Below, piece by piece: positions 10,218 to 19,589 of a stretch of 64,000 nucleotides of DNA. Position 1 is the stretch's first letter. The number at the start of each line of letters is the position of its first letter. Location: the IMG/VR virus record IMGVR_UViG_2061766007_000171. One strand, written 5' to 3'. The notes beneath the pieces were generated by a model. That model did no database searches, was not told the DNA's origin, and saw nothing but the letters and a program-made list of their open reading frames with translations. A program made the position numbers and the translations under genes. The DNA is from an uncultured virus (IMG/VR IMGVR_UViG_2061766007_000171) (lineage: Duplodnaviria > Heunggongvirae > Uroviricota > Caudoviricetes).

Positions 10218-10648
10218 TATTCCTCCTCTTTGTCTTCTCCATCAGTGAGAAGTGCCAGTTCCTCCTCTTCCTGTTCCAGCAAGAGGCGGACATCCTCGGG
10301 AATAGTGTCTGTATAGTTGGGCATCTCAAGTTTCGCATTGATGTTCTTTGGCGGTTCCTTACCGCCGTATTTACAAAGTGCCTCAAATGCCCTAACGTCG
10401 CCCTTTTTGATGACCAGATCTGACATTTTGATCAGCATCATGGTCTGAACATCGATCGGTTTGCCGATTATTTCCGAAATCGGGGTAACTCCGTCTAATT
10501 CAACAATAGATTCGCCGTCTTCAGGCTTTACAGCGGGTGAATTGAACAATGCATCGACCAATTCGGAGAATTCCCGTCTTTTTCTGGCCTGTTGTGCCTC
10601 CCTTGTAGACGCACCGGGGCGCTCCTTCATTGATTTGACGAATACCAT
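10217..10648 (-). CDS. probable terminase small subunit
   Basis: 143 aa abutting TerL; GDVRAFEAL helix pattern seen in TerS-like proteins. Confidence 0.55.
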   Translation of the reverse strand: MVFVKSMKERPGASTREAQQARKRREFSELVDALFNSPAVKPEDGESIVELDGVTPISEIIGKPIDVQTMMLIKMSDLVIKKGDVRAFEALCKYGGKEPPKNINAKLEMPNYTDTIPEDVRLLLEQEEEELALLTDGEDKEEE

Positions 10649-10650
10649 GC

Positions 10651-11136
10651 TTATCTCCTGAGGATACCGTCCTCGATCATCCTACCCATCGGTGTGGTCT
10701 CTCCACATACCTGACAATAATCAGGTAATGTAGCCAATGTGGTGTTGAAAGTGCGATGACAATGAGGGCAAGTCCATGAATCGTCATTGTCAATGCACGG
10801 CGAGCCGTTATGCCCCACGCCATACGTGTTATAATACAATACAGGGAGACGGTTCATATCACCGATAGAGAACTCAAAGGAATTGGTGCCGTATTTGAGA
10901 TCTCTGCGGCCCAATTGCTTTTGTCTCCATTCCTCTTCCATGTCGTTCTTTGGCATACGTGTGATCATACCTGCTTCTCTGAACATCCTGCCCAATCTTG
11001 CCTTGTTGACCTCTTCAGCATCAACGCTGCGTAGCAGCATCTTTGTATCCAAAGTACGTGCATTCGTGAAGAGGTTGCGTCTAACCTCTGTATCAAGCGC
11101 CTGACGGAAGTCTTCGCTATAGCGTCTGGTTCCCAT
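10651..11136 (-). CDS. C-terminal zinc-ribbon protein
   Basis: CPHC...CQVC; TATA-like CTATATAAG about 25 nt upstream. Confidence 0.6.
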   Translation of the reverse strand: MGTRRYSEDFRQALDTEVRRNLFTNARTLDTKMLLRSVDAEEVNKARLGRMFREAGMITRMPKNDMEEEWRQKQLGRRDLKYGTNSFEFSIGDMNRLPVLYYNTYGVGHNGSPCIDNDDSWTCPHCHRTFNTTLATLPDYCQVCGETTPMGRMIEDGILRR

Positions 11137-11169
11137 AGGTGTGGTATACCTATGGGAACTTATATAGTT

Positions 11170-14100
11170 TCAGTGCTTTTGGCGATCTCTAATCACACGG
11201 TCTATGTTTGTATGCTTGCTCCCCTGCACCTCTTTTTCGACCATTTTATACTTTGCAGCATCAAATGGCTCGTTGGCATTGAGGTCAAGCTTGATCCCAT
11301 AGAACGGTATAGCTTGAGAGAACACGCGTTCGACACGAAGCGGAGGGCGGCGCTCATATGGTGCACCTGATTCGGATTTGAAGATGTATTTCCCATCCTC
11401 ATCCACATAATACTCCCTCTCGCCGAGTGTCAGGTATCTGTTCTCAAGATCGCTAAGCCTATCTTCTATAGGCTCGTTCTTCTTATCTGCAATTTCCTGA
11501 AGCTCCTCTTTAGACGGTGTCGGACTGGGCGTGTAATTCACCTGTGCCGATTGGTGTGTTGCGTTATACTGATCTGTCGCAGCTTGTGTTGCCTTCTCAT
11601 CTTCCTCATGCTGTTTGGCAAGAGATTCAGGAGTCCCCATGGAATTTTCCAATTGAATTGCTTCGATCGATGTGTTCATCAGAGCATCATCCAGTGCTTG
11701 CTGATACTTCTCCTCGCTTGTAGGGGTGGGCTCAGCAAGCCTTTCCTTCATCGCTGCTTCCTCTCCACTCATCTTAGCACGATGTTCTGTAACCTCTTTG
11801 GGTACAGTCTTCATCCTGATCTGCCGCCTTTCCTCTTCAGCCTTCTCTTCCTCTTTACGTGCTTCTTCCTTTTCCTCACGCATCCTTTCCTGATTAGCAA
11901 CTTTTTCAGCTCTCTCTTCATCAGTCATCTCAGGAAGATTGACAGAGGTCGGGACGTTATATTTGATGATGGGAGCAAGGTCTGCACGAGGATCATCCCT
12001 GATTGTGAGGATTGCTTCCCTGAGGGTATCCTCATCGAGGTCACCAATCAGATCGACAGGTATCGCACCTCTTGCGAGGTATCTCCTGTTAAGCTCCTCT
12101 TCGGGGATATTGATGGCCTTGTCTACGAGCTTCTGTAATTTATCAAAACTCTCGGCATACATCGGGTCAACCTTGCCATCATCATCGAGGAACTCGGGCC
12201 CAAACGACTGAGGGTTCAGTTTACCTTTTACCCAACCATACTCGTTCAGTTTGTTCAGATCAATGGTGGTATCGTTCGCCATGACTTTAGCAAGTAATTT
12301 CGGTGAAATGCCTTCTAAGAGTTCTGGGCTGACTTTTCCAACACCTACGTCGGCAGGGTTGAGAACCCTGACATCATCGATCACCCCATGAGGCATGAGG
12401 GCTACCGCCTGTCCCGAGTTGCCTACACCAAGGATGTTTTCGAGTCTTCTCTTAACATATTGGTCATCCTTTTCAGCTCTCTCTCCGGGGTCTTCGGCAT
12501 CTTCATCTTCAACATTCTTCTGGTTGAAATATCCGGGGATATTCTTCCTTCTGATGCCTTGAAGTTTCTCAAATGCCTGAAGCGCATCCCCATACTGCAT
12601 CCTTGAACCATATTTCTCGATGAGTGCAGCGGTCTCGGGCGCGACTTCAGTCTTAGGCATAGTGCCAGCCACTGCAGACACAGAATTGTCCTTTCCTCTC
12701 ATGAGATAGAGCTCTGCTGCAAGGTCACCCATGTGATACTTTGCACCATAATCCTTACCTGAGTATGTATCTGTGTCGAACATCAGGCTACCGTTTCCAT
12801 CATCGATCAATGCCCTATCCAATTCATCGATAAGGGGTCTTGCGAACTTCTGGAACCTGTCACCGAAGAGATATTTGACATCGATCTTAGGCTTCACACC
12901 TGTATTTGCGGCCTCAATGTATTCAGGAGTACCATATACCCTTGAATTGAACGCATGATCGATCGTCTCAAGCTCATTCTTGATGTCCTCGATTGCAGCC
13001 TGTGTCAGAGGAGGCATTCCCTCCTTGAAATAGGACAGAGTCTCGACATCATCCATATACTTGTCCAACAATGCCTTCCCATTAGCCAACGCCGTACGCT
13101 TGTTATATTCATAATAACCAGCACCGTATATTTCTTGGGCGAGTTTACCGTAGAGACTATCTAGAACACGATCGAACATACCATACATCCTCTCGGTCAA
13201 GTCACCACGGCCTGCTGCCAGCCCTGACTGATCATCGTACTCGATCACCTTGTCCCTCAGAGCTTCGATAGCACGCAGAACCTTGATACCGATGGATCTT
13301 TCGTTCTTGATCGCGTTATCGTGTACCTCGTCACCATTGGGTTGCGTATCGTCGATATACTTCGACACGGCCGCCAAGGCCTTCTTGGTAGCATCGTTGA
13401 CTATTGATGCATCAACATTGGAATCTGTGTATGCAGCCACAGCATTCTTAAGTGCCAGGAACATAGGGTTGATCCTCGCAAGTGCTTCATCGGAAGATGT
13501 AGTGTATCTCATATTGATCCAATCAGCATAGTTCTTGCGTCCTTCTTCGGTCTCATCGAAATCAGGGTGTTCATATCCTATGCCGATAGGCGTATCATCG
13601 GGGATGTCCTGGATCTTCTCATAGAGATTCAGGGTCGGACTGCTGCCACTGCTGTTCACATACTTCCCACCGAACCCATAGGCGTCGTTGACGAAGTTGT
13701 CCATGAAATATCTCCTGTCATTGCCTGCCATCTGCGGCATGTATTTGTTGAGGACTGCTTCCTTCAACTGCTTATTCGCCTCCGGCCATGTCATCTTGCC
13801 GTCCTTGACCTGTGCGTACATCTCCTGATGGAGTGTGTCATAATAGTCGATGAACTGTCTCAACTGTCCGACAGTGGTGATCCCTATGGATGCCAATGCC
13901 CCGCGTATGTCCCTGTATCCCACGCGATCAAAGAATGTATCTTTGGGGAACCTGTATTTTGCAGGTTTTGCTGCCTCTAAGATGTCCATGATCCCCTGAA
14001 GCCAGCTCTTACTCGCCAATCCGTACTCTTCACCGCTGCTCTTGGATCTCAGAGCCTTGACACGATCTCCGATGGCGTCTTCAGTGTAACTATAATGGTA

Positions 14101-15966
14101 CGGGTTGATCTCGATACCTTCAGGTGTCATATAGACATTTTTGTCCCTGTTGCTCTGATACGGGAAGACCTTCGTTTCATCGAATTCCCCGGTATTGGGG
14201 TCGACATGCATACGCATCGCGTTGAAAGCGGCGTCCTTCATCTGCATCTCTCTGAGTAAACCCGCAGCCTGGGCATCCCCATCCGCTGCACGTTTTTTAA
14301 GTCTGGCTATGTCCTCATATTCCTTGGCAGCCTTCCTTTTATTAGCTTCTCTCCTGGCAATGAGATAACGCTTATAGTCCTCCTCAGATTGCTGTGCCTC
14401 TGCTGTTTCTTCTTCTTTCAGATATTGTCTCGGCACTCTGTTGCGAACCTTCTGTTCCTTTGTCACAGGCTCGCCGTATGATGCACCGCTTTCCCCAGCC
14501 GTGATCCTCTCAAGTTGTCTCTTCAGGTCGACCTCACGCGGTGCAGCCTTCGTATAATCATCGATCTTACTTTGATTGTCCCTCATGATGGCTTCTATTT
14601 CCCTGCTGATCACAGAGTAGAGTGACTGGTCTAGCCTCATCCCTTCTGCATTTACCCTATATTCATCATTAAGGCGCGCAAGATCGTCAGGGTGCATTCC
14701 ATCCAATCTCTGTATGAACAATGGATTCAGTGCTCCATCACCTAATTCGGCCATTGTCTTAGCCAATTTTATGATCTCGTTACCTGATTTACGATTCGCC
14801 TCGAGCATTTCCTTCTCTGCTCTGAGTTTATTGATGACATCAAGATCTGCTTCGATCTCTTCCCTCATGTCAGCCGTCATTTGTCCGGTCGGATCTGCCA
14901 TTACAGCCTCTTTTGTCCTTATCGTACCATCAGGGAGCTGCTCATACTGATCATCTATGAGTACATTGTCAGGTTTGGCCTTCTTGAACCTCTGGCGCTC
15001 CATAATAAGGGCCTCAATACCCTGTGACTCTTTGAATTCCGCCTCATATCTTTCAAGTGCCTCATCCTTCTCAGGCCCCTTGGGCTGTCCCTCGGTCTTT
15101 CCTTCATCATCATCGCCCTTCTTCTTAGGAGGTTCTGTACCGTCTATGGTGGCCCATTTTGTAGCCTCTCCTTTCAGCCTGTATGCCTCTTGTTCGGCCT
15201 TCTTCTTCGCCTCTTCCTTCGCTTTCTCTTCAGCTTCCTTCTCAGCCTTCAGAGTCTCATCGAAACTCTCTAACTTAGGGTAGGTTCTGGGCCCTTCTTC
15301 CAGTAATTTCATAGATAGGTCGGGGCGTGTAAGGAGATTCTCCTTGAACTCATCGAATATCTTATCGAAATCTTCCAATGTGCCATTGAACTGATTGGAT
15401 TGAGTAAGTGTCAGATACCAATGGTCTCTATCCCTCTCCCTCGGTGTCCTTGTATCCCTCGCTGCAGCCTTCTTCTCTCTTATTGCCTGTCTTGCGAGCA
15501 TATCATTCACTGCAAGAGTCTTCATCGCCTTCTCTCTGTTCGCTCCGTACTTCCACATAGGCGGTTCGACGGCATTGGGGTCGAGTTTGTTGTACCAATA
15601 TCCATCGTGAGGACTCTTTTCCCACCCATCGAGATTGTAGATCTTATGATCCCAGAATTTGCGCCTTCCTTTCATCGGTCTGGCTCTTTTGAATTCCCTC
15701 GATACCTTGATACCTGTGTCCTTCTCGGTCTCCCTGAGCCCCTCTTCCATCTTCGGCACAGCTTCAGGATCTTCCATCGCGACCAAAGCGGCAAAATTGC
15801 CTACGTGGACCTTCTCGTCGTTTGCAACTTCCTTTAGGGTATCTGCGACTGCATTGCTCTTAGAATCTGAGGCCATTTCCTCGTATTTATTGATCGTCTT
15901 GAGCTCATCCACCATGCCTTCACGTGCTCTTGCTGCATCGGTGGACGGGAGAGTGTCATCTGTCAT
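11170..15966 (-). CDS. 1598-aa helical protein with N-terminal encapsulin-type ferritin-like domain; putative internal head/ejection protein
   Basis: Long ORF; aa ~12-88 DELKTINKYEEMA...EVANDEKVHVGNFAALVAMEDPE...GLRETEKDTGI; TTTTATACT 21 nt upstream. Confidence 0.7.
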   Translation of the reverse strand: MTDDTLPSTDAARAREGMVDELKTINKYEEMASDSKSNAVADTLKEVANDEKVHVGNFAALVAMEDPEAVPKMEEGLRETEKDTGIKVSREFKRARPMKGRRKFWDHKIYNLDGWEKSPHDGYWYNKLDPNAVEPPMWKYGANREKAMKTLAVNDMLARQAIREKKAAARDTRTPRERDRDHWYLTLTQSNQFNGTLEDFDKIFDEFKENLLTRPDLSMKLLEEGPRTYPKLESFDETLKAEKEAEEKAKEEAKKKAEQEAYRLKGEATKWATIDGTEPPKKKGDDDEGKTEGQPKGPEKDEALERYEAEFKESQGIEALIMERQRFKKAKPDNVLIDDQYEQLPDGTIRTKEAVMADPTGQMTADMREEIEADLDVINKLRAEKEMLEANRKSGNEIIKLAKTMAELGDGALNPLFIQRLDGMHPDDLARLNDEYRVNAEGMRLDQSLYSVISREIEAIMRDNQSKIDDYTKAAPREVDLKRQLERITAGESGASYGEPVTKEQKVRNRVPRQYLKEEETAEAQQSEEDYKRYLIARREANKRKAAKEYEDIARLKKRAADGDAQAAGLLREMQMKDAAFNAMRMHVDPNTGEFDETKVFPYQSNRDKNVYMTPEGIEINPYHYSYTEDAIGDRVKALRSKSSGEEYGLASKSWLQGIMDILEAAKPAKYRFPKDTFFDRVGYRDIRGALASIGITTVGQLRQFIDYYDTLHQEMYAQVKDGKMTWPEANKQLKEAVLNKYMPQMAGNDRRYFMDNFVNDAYGFGGKYVNSSGSSPTLNLYEKIQDIPDDTPIGIGYEHPDFDETEEGRKNYADWINMRYTTSSDEALARINPMFLALKNAVAAYTDSNVDASIVNDATKKALAAVSKYIDDTQPNGDEVHDNAIKNERSIGIKVLRAIEALRDKVIEYDDQSGLAAGRGDLTERMYGMFDRVLDSLYGKLAQEIYGAGYYEYNKRTALANGKALLDKYMDDVETLSYFKEGMPPLTQAAIEDIKNELETIDHAFNSRVYGTPEYIEAANTGVKPKIDVKYLFGDRFQKFARPLIDELDRALIDDGNGSLMFDTDTYSGKDYGAKYHMGDLAAELYLMRGKDNSVSAVAGTMPKTEVAPETAALIEKYGSRMQYGDALQAFEKLQGIRRKNIPGYFNQKNVEDEDAEDPGERAEKDDQYVKRRLENILGVGNSGQAVALMPHGVIDDVRVLNPADVGVGKVSPELLEGISPKLLAKVMANDTTIDLNKLNEYGWVKGKLNPQSFGPEFLDDDGKVDPMYAESFDKLQKLVDKAINIPEEELNRRYLARGAIPVDLIGDLDEDTLREAILTIRDDPRADLAPIIKYNVPTSVNLPEMTDEERAEKVANQERMREEKEEARKEEEKAEEERRQIRMKTVPKEVTEHRAKMSGEEAAMKERLAEPTPTSEEKYQQALDDALMNTSIEAIQLENSMGTPESLAKQHEEDEKATQAATDQYNATHQSAQVNYTPSPTPSKEELQEIADKKNEPIEDRLSDLENRYLTLGEREYYVDEDGKYIFKSESGAPYERRPPLRVERVFSQAIPFYGIKLDLNANEPFDAAKYKMVEKEVQGSKHTNIDRVIRDRQKH

Positions 15967-16005
15967 GTGTGAACGAATGACGTGTCAGTATAAAAGATAA
16001 AAGGT

Positions 16006-16019
16006 GGGGGCGAACCCCC
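16006..16019 (-). terminator. GGGGG-TTCG-CCCCC hairpin followed by T tracts
   Basis: UUCG tetraloop stem just after the stop at 16029. Confidence 0.55.
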
Positions 16020-16028
16020 TAAATCGTT

Positions 16029-16268
16029 TCAGAGAACTGCCTGGAGCGCGTTGATCTTGGTCTGGACGGCCTCGCGGATCTCCGCGAACTCGTCCGGCAC
16101 CCTGATCTGTGCTGCGACGTACTCGTTGACTGCGTCGGCGACGAGGATCTCCGCAGAGCTCTCGACACCGGCCTCATCGACTGCGAACTTGACGTACTTA
16201 CCGTCTAGGACACCGATGTTGGTCTGCTCGTCAACATTGTATGTGATGGTGACGGGCTTGGCGATCAC
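16029..16268 (-). CDS. hypothetical protein
   Basis: 79 aa; GTGA overlap with the upstream gene. Confidence 0.6.
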   Translation of the reverse strand: MIAKPVTITYNVDEQTNIGVLDGKYVKFAVDEAGVESSAEILVADAVNEYVAAQIRVPDEFAEIREAVQTKINALQAVL

Positions 16269-16921
16269 TGTGCTCCCTCCTCTGCGGGAGCCTCCTGAGG
16301 GGCTTCCTCTGCCTCTGCAGCCTTCATGGCAGCCTCGAGCTGTTTCATCTCGATGAACTTCTTGGTCTGCTTCTTGTTCAGACCGAGCTTCTTTGCTGCC
16401 TCTGCGAAGTCATTTGCTGCCTCAACAGTCTCCTCTGCCTTCTGCTTGATGAACTTTCCAAGACCGGAAATTCCCTCATTGAACAGAATGGTCAGAAGGA
16501 TGCCTGCGATGAGTGCAATGACACCTGCTGCGAGGATGTAGTCGACGAGCGCGGGCTCGAGAATGCCGAGTTTGAAGGGTGCGACCGCTGCACCGTAGTA
16601 CGCAAGGACTGCGGTGAGTGCGATTGCCAGACCCTCAGCTCCGACGAACTTGAGTCCTCCTTTACCGAACACTTTGTTCGATGTCCTGTCCAGGTCGTGC
16701 TTGGCGTTATGCTCCGCGTATCTGTAGAGGAATGCGCAGATTCCGAAGAGGAATGCAAAGCCAATGGCAGCGATGAGGACGTAGATCTCCATATCACTAG
16801 GGATTGCAACCATAGTACTTTCTCCTGACGTCGGACCGATGATCTCGCGGGCGATCTTGGCCATGCTGAGCACGGCGGCTGTCATGGTGATGGCCCCAAG
16901 ACCACCGTCATCCTCTGTCAT
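16265..16921 (-). CDS. multi-pass membrane protein (about 3 TM; holin-like candidate)
   Basis: Three long hydrophobic segments and a charged C-tail; start at 16921 chosen because TTTATAAA lies about 22 nt upstream. Confidence 0.55.
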   Translation of the reverse strand: MTEDDGGLGAITMTAAVLSMAKIAREIIGPTSGESTMVAIPSDMEIYVLIAAIGFAFLFGICAFLYRYAEHNAKHDLDRTSNKVFGKGGLKFVGAEGLAIALTAVLAYYGAAVAPFKLGILEPALVDYILAAGVIALIAGILLTILFNEGISGLGKFIKQKAEETVEAANDFAEAAKKLGLNKKQTKKFIEMKQLEAAMKAAEAEEAPQEAPAEEGAQ

Positions 16922-17153
16922 ACGTGTCCAATCAACAGGGGAATTTATAAAAGATTGTGGAAAAGGTTTAGCGGAGACGCGGTCTCTTCTCAGGATCGCG
17001 CACCCATGCCGGGCAATTTGTGACTTCAGCGGTCTCCCCGAAGACCTCGCAAAGACGATAACTCCTGCCGATATCATCGCGGCGTTTACCGGCAGAATTA
17101 GCGCATGTATCGCAGCCTCTCATGTGGTCACCATGTCGTTGCTGCTATACAAA

Positions 17154-17345
17154 TCATTCCTCTTCTTCATCATCCCTTTTGCTGTACTGCACTTCAGCAC
17201 CGCATTCTGTGCATGTGAGGTAGGTCACGATACCTTCTCCTTCGCCAAAGACCTCGTCATAATTGAAGTCACTGTTCCAGATCAGTCTGCCACCGCAGTA
17301 CCAGCAGACGTCACGAGCTCCTTTGTAAGGCCAGTCATCAGTCAC
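17154..17345 (-). CDS. small Zn-ribbon protein
   Basis: CWYC...CTEC. Confidence 0.65.
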   Translation of the reverse strand: MTDDWPYKGARDVCWYCGGRLIWNSDFNYDEVFGEGEGIVTYLTCTECGAEVQYSKRDDEEEE

Positions 17346-17682
17346 TGCGATCCCTCCAGGTGTGCTCGTCGACGGTCTTGTTGCTGCAGGTCACCTTAGG
17401 GTAGGCATTGTAGTCCGGCGGCTTTGCCGTGCTGCCCTCTTTGCCCCAGGAGTCCGTGTTTCTCCATGTCACAGTCCATGGTGTGTTCTTCAGATCGTCC
17501 TCATTGATCCTCAGCACGTTCGGCATCTCGTCGCTGAAATACGGCACCTTAATCACTTCGTCGCCATCACGCTTCATCTTCTCTGCCGTTATGCTGTCCT
17601 CGAAGACCGCATAAGGTCTATCGACAGAAACGTCCATCGGGCCGTTCTTCTTGTACATCAGTACATAGACGCATCTCATCAC
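17338..17682 (-). CDS. hypothetical protein
   Basis: GTGA overlap with the upstream gene and a GGAGGTG SD. Confidence 0.5.
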   Translation of the reverse strand: MMRCVYVLMYKKNGPMDVSVDRPYAVFEDSITAEKMKRDGDEVIKVPYFSDEMPNVLRINEDDLKNTPWTVTWRNTDSWGKEGSTAKPPDYNAYPKVTCSNKTVDEHTWRDRSD

Positions 17683-17963
17683 AGCACCTCCCACTGGTCG
17701 CTTGCCATGTCCGTCTGTGTGGCAAGCCATCCGATGATGCGGATGCTCTGTGCGTTGACCATGTCGAAGTGCCCTGCGATGTGCACCACACCGTTCAGTC
17801 TCTCACTGTCGGTGAGGGCAGTGTTCTTATCCCTGGTAAGCCAGTCCTTGACAGGAACATCGTGGGGCGGGATGTAGTAGACGAATTGTCCTCTTCCATT
17901 CCAGTCCTTACGTGTGATCCTCTTTCCTTTCATGCACTCTTCCAGTGCCTCACTGAATTTCAT
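17679..17963 (-). CDS. DUF2829 / Tad2-like protein
   Basis: MKFSEALEE...GKRITRKDWNGRGQFV...GWLATQTDMASDQW signature. Confidence 0.8.
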   Translation of the reverse strand: MKFSEALEECMKGKRITRKDWNGRGQFVYYIPPHDVPVKDWLTRDKNTALTDSERLNGVVHIAGHFDMVNAQSIRIIGWLATQTDMASDQWEVL

Positions 17964-18174
17964 TCTTTTCACCTCTTATTTCGATCTCATGTTCGATATA
18001 CCATATCGCTTTCTTCAAATCTTCGATCGCCTTCTCAGGATCTTTCTTACCTGCACGGCTGATGTACTTCACAGCATTGCCGAGACAGAAGTCCAACCCC
18101 CAGGCATCGATGACTTTGATGGTCTCATAGACATTGTCCCCACCGTAATACTCGGGGTGATCCACTGCTGTCAT
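17950..18174 (-). CDS. DUF3310 family protein
   Basis: VDHPEYY...ETIKVI...FCLGNAVKYISRAGKK...EDLKKAIWYI. Confidence 0.85.
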   Translation of the reverse strand: MTAVDHPEYYGGDNVYETIKVIDAWGLDFCLGNAVKYISRAGKKDPEKAIEDLKKAIWYIEHEIEIRGEKNEIQ

Positions 18175-18187
18175 CTCATTTATCTCC

Positions 18188-18394
18188 TTATACAATCTTT
18201 CTTCTGTATCTTTCTGCTATGAAGCTATCGAGAGTAGATACACTGGCGACGTCAAGTTCAATACCATACTTGCTATCGAACCATAACTGCAGATCACCCT
18301 CAGGTGTCAACCGAACTTCAAATCCGTATCTCCCTTTGGATTGCAGTGTTTCACCGAACAAGTGTGAACGCATCTCACCTTGCATCTTATTCAT
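18188..18394 (-). CDS. hypothetical protein
   Basis: 68-aa ORF tiling the array. Confidence 0.5.
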   Translation of the reverse strand: MNKMQGEMRSHLFGETLQSKGRYGFEVRLTPEGDLQLWFDSKYGIELDVASVSTLDSFIAERYRRKIV

Positions 18395-18674
18395 CTCCTT
18401 TGCGTGTGAGCCCCATCATCTTGCCACATCTGGCACAATGATATTCGTATGTCCATGTCTTCGACCTGTCGGTTGGTACACTCTGTGGGTATGACACCCA
18501 TTCTCCGCATCCGCAGTTCGGGCATGTGAAGTATCCCATGCCGTTGTGCGGACAGTATCCTTCTCCTCTGTTCATTCTTTCACTTTCCTTTCTCCAATCT
18601 TCATATTTCTGACATCCTTCACAGATACCGGGCGGTCTGTCGCAGATTGTGTTGATGAGATACCAACATTTCAT
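18387..18674 (-). CDS. Cys-rich zinc-finger protein
   Basis: Starts at a junction motif; several CxxC. Confidence 0.55.
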   Translation of the reverse strand: MKCWYLINTICDRPPGICEGCQKYEDWRKESERMNRGEGYCPHNGMGYFTCPNCGCGEWVSYPQSVPTDRSKTWTYEYHCARCGKMMGLTRKGDE

Positions 18675-18678
18675 TCCT

Positions 18679-18867
18679 TCATCTCCTATAATCCTCAATG
18701 CGACTGATGTGTGCAACATTCAGATATGCCTTTTTTGTTCCGCTGACGGGCAACGGGATATTGACTTCCATCCAACGTGCCTTTGCTATCTCTTCTAGAT
18801 CAATAGGCCCATCGTTAGAAATATTCAATATCTCTCCGTCGTCCATATAGATTCTATAATTTATCAT
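18679..18867 (-). CDS. hypothetical protein
   Basis: 62 aa; starts at a junction motif. Confidence 0.55.
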   Translation of the reverse strand: MINYRIYMDDGEILNISNDGPIDLEEIAKARWMEVNIPLPVSGTKKAYLNVAHISRIEDYRR

Positions 18868-19589
18868 TCCTTCGCCTCCGTGTCTGTCGGTTCAATCCCT
18901 AATATATCTGCCATCGACTCCTGCATGAAATCCCATTGTTCCACTGGTTCATCCTTACGCGGCGTCGGTTTGATCTTTTTCTTCCTGATCGGTTTGGTGA
19001 TGGTGAAGCGCTGACCTTCGATCGTGCCGGATATTGCCCAGTCCCTTCCCCACATACTCTCCGAGGCCACGGCGTACTTCCCTTTATACGGTCCGTTCTC
19101 ACACATCACAGCATAGTGCCATTTGAAAGCGACCCGTTGGGCAGCGAGTATCCTCCACTTCACTTTAACGCATTTGCTACGATCTTCAGGCATGCACATA
19201 TCGTGTGAATACGCCTTCCCCACCTTGAACGGCGGTTCAGAGAGATAGTCGTCGATCAGCATCCTATTAATGGAGGAATCCGCTTCATCAAGTGATCCCA
19301 TCGAATAGTCATCGACATCGATCTTTTCCATCGGAACCTCACGGCTGTCAAAATGTACGACCTTACAGTTGATCCCGAACTCATTCAACCCCTGCAGATC
19401 CAATCCGCAGCGAACGGGATGTTTAAGCCATATACCCTGTTCATACATGCACATCTCAGATCCATGGAACATCACTTCCCTGCACTGATATCTCTTCTTT
19501 TTCCCATCTTTGTCCGTTCCCTGCACCAATAACAAGTCCAACACCTTGTCGTATGACAGATATACGTTGTCCAAGCTTACATACTTCAC
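18864..19589 (-). CDS. hypothetical protein
   Basis: 241 aa; ends EAKE at a junction motif. Confidence 0.6.
   Translation of the reverse strand: MKYVSLDNVYLSYDKVLDLLLVQGTDKDGKKKRYQCREVMFHGSEMCMYEQGIWLKHPVRCGLDLQGLNEFGINCKVVHFDSREVPMEKIDVDDYSMGSLDEADSSINRMLIDDYLSEPPFKVGKAYSHDMCMPEDRSKCVKVKWRILAAQRVAFKWHYAVMCENGPYKGKYAVASESMWGRDWAISGTIEGQRFTITKPIRKKKIKPTPRKDEPVEQWDFMQESMADILGIEPTDTEAKE

Noticed and set aside
16960..17110. tRNA or other known ncRNA
   Set aside because: Some pairing (GGAGAC/GTCTCC, CTGCCG/CGGCAG), but no cloverleaf, T-loop or family signature that I can support.
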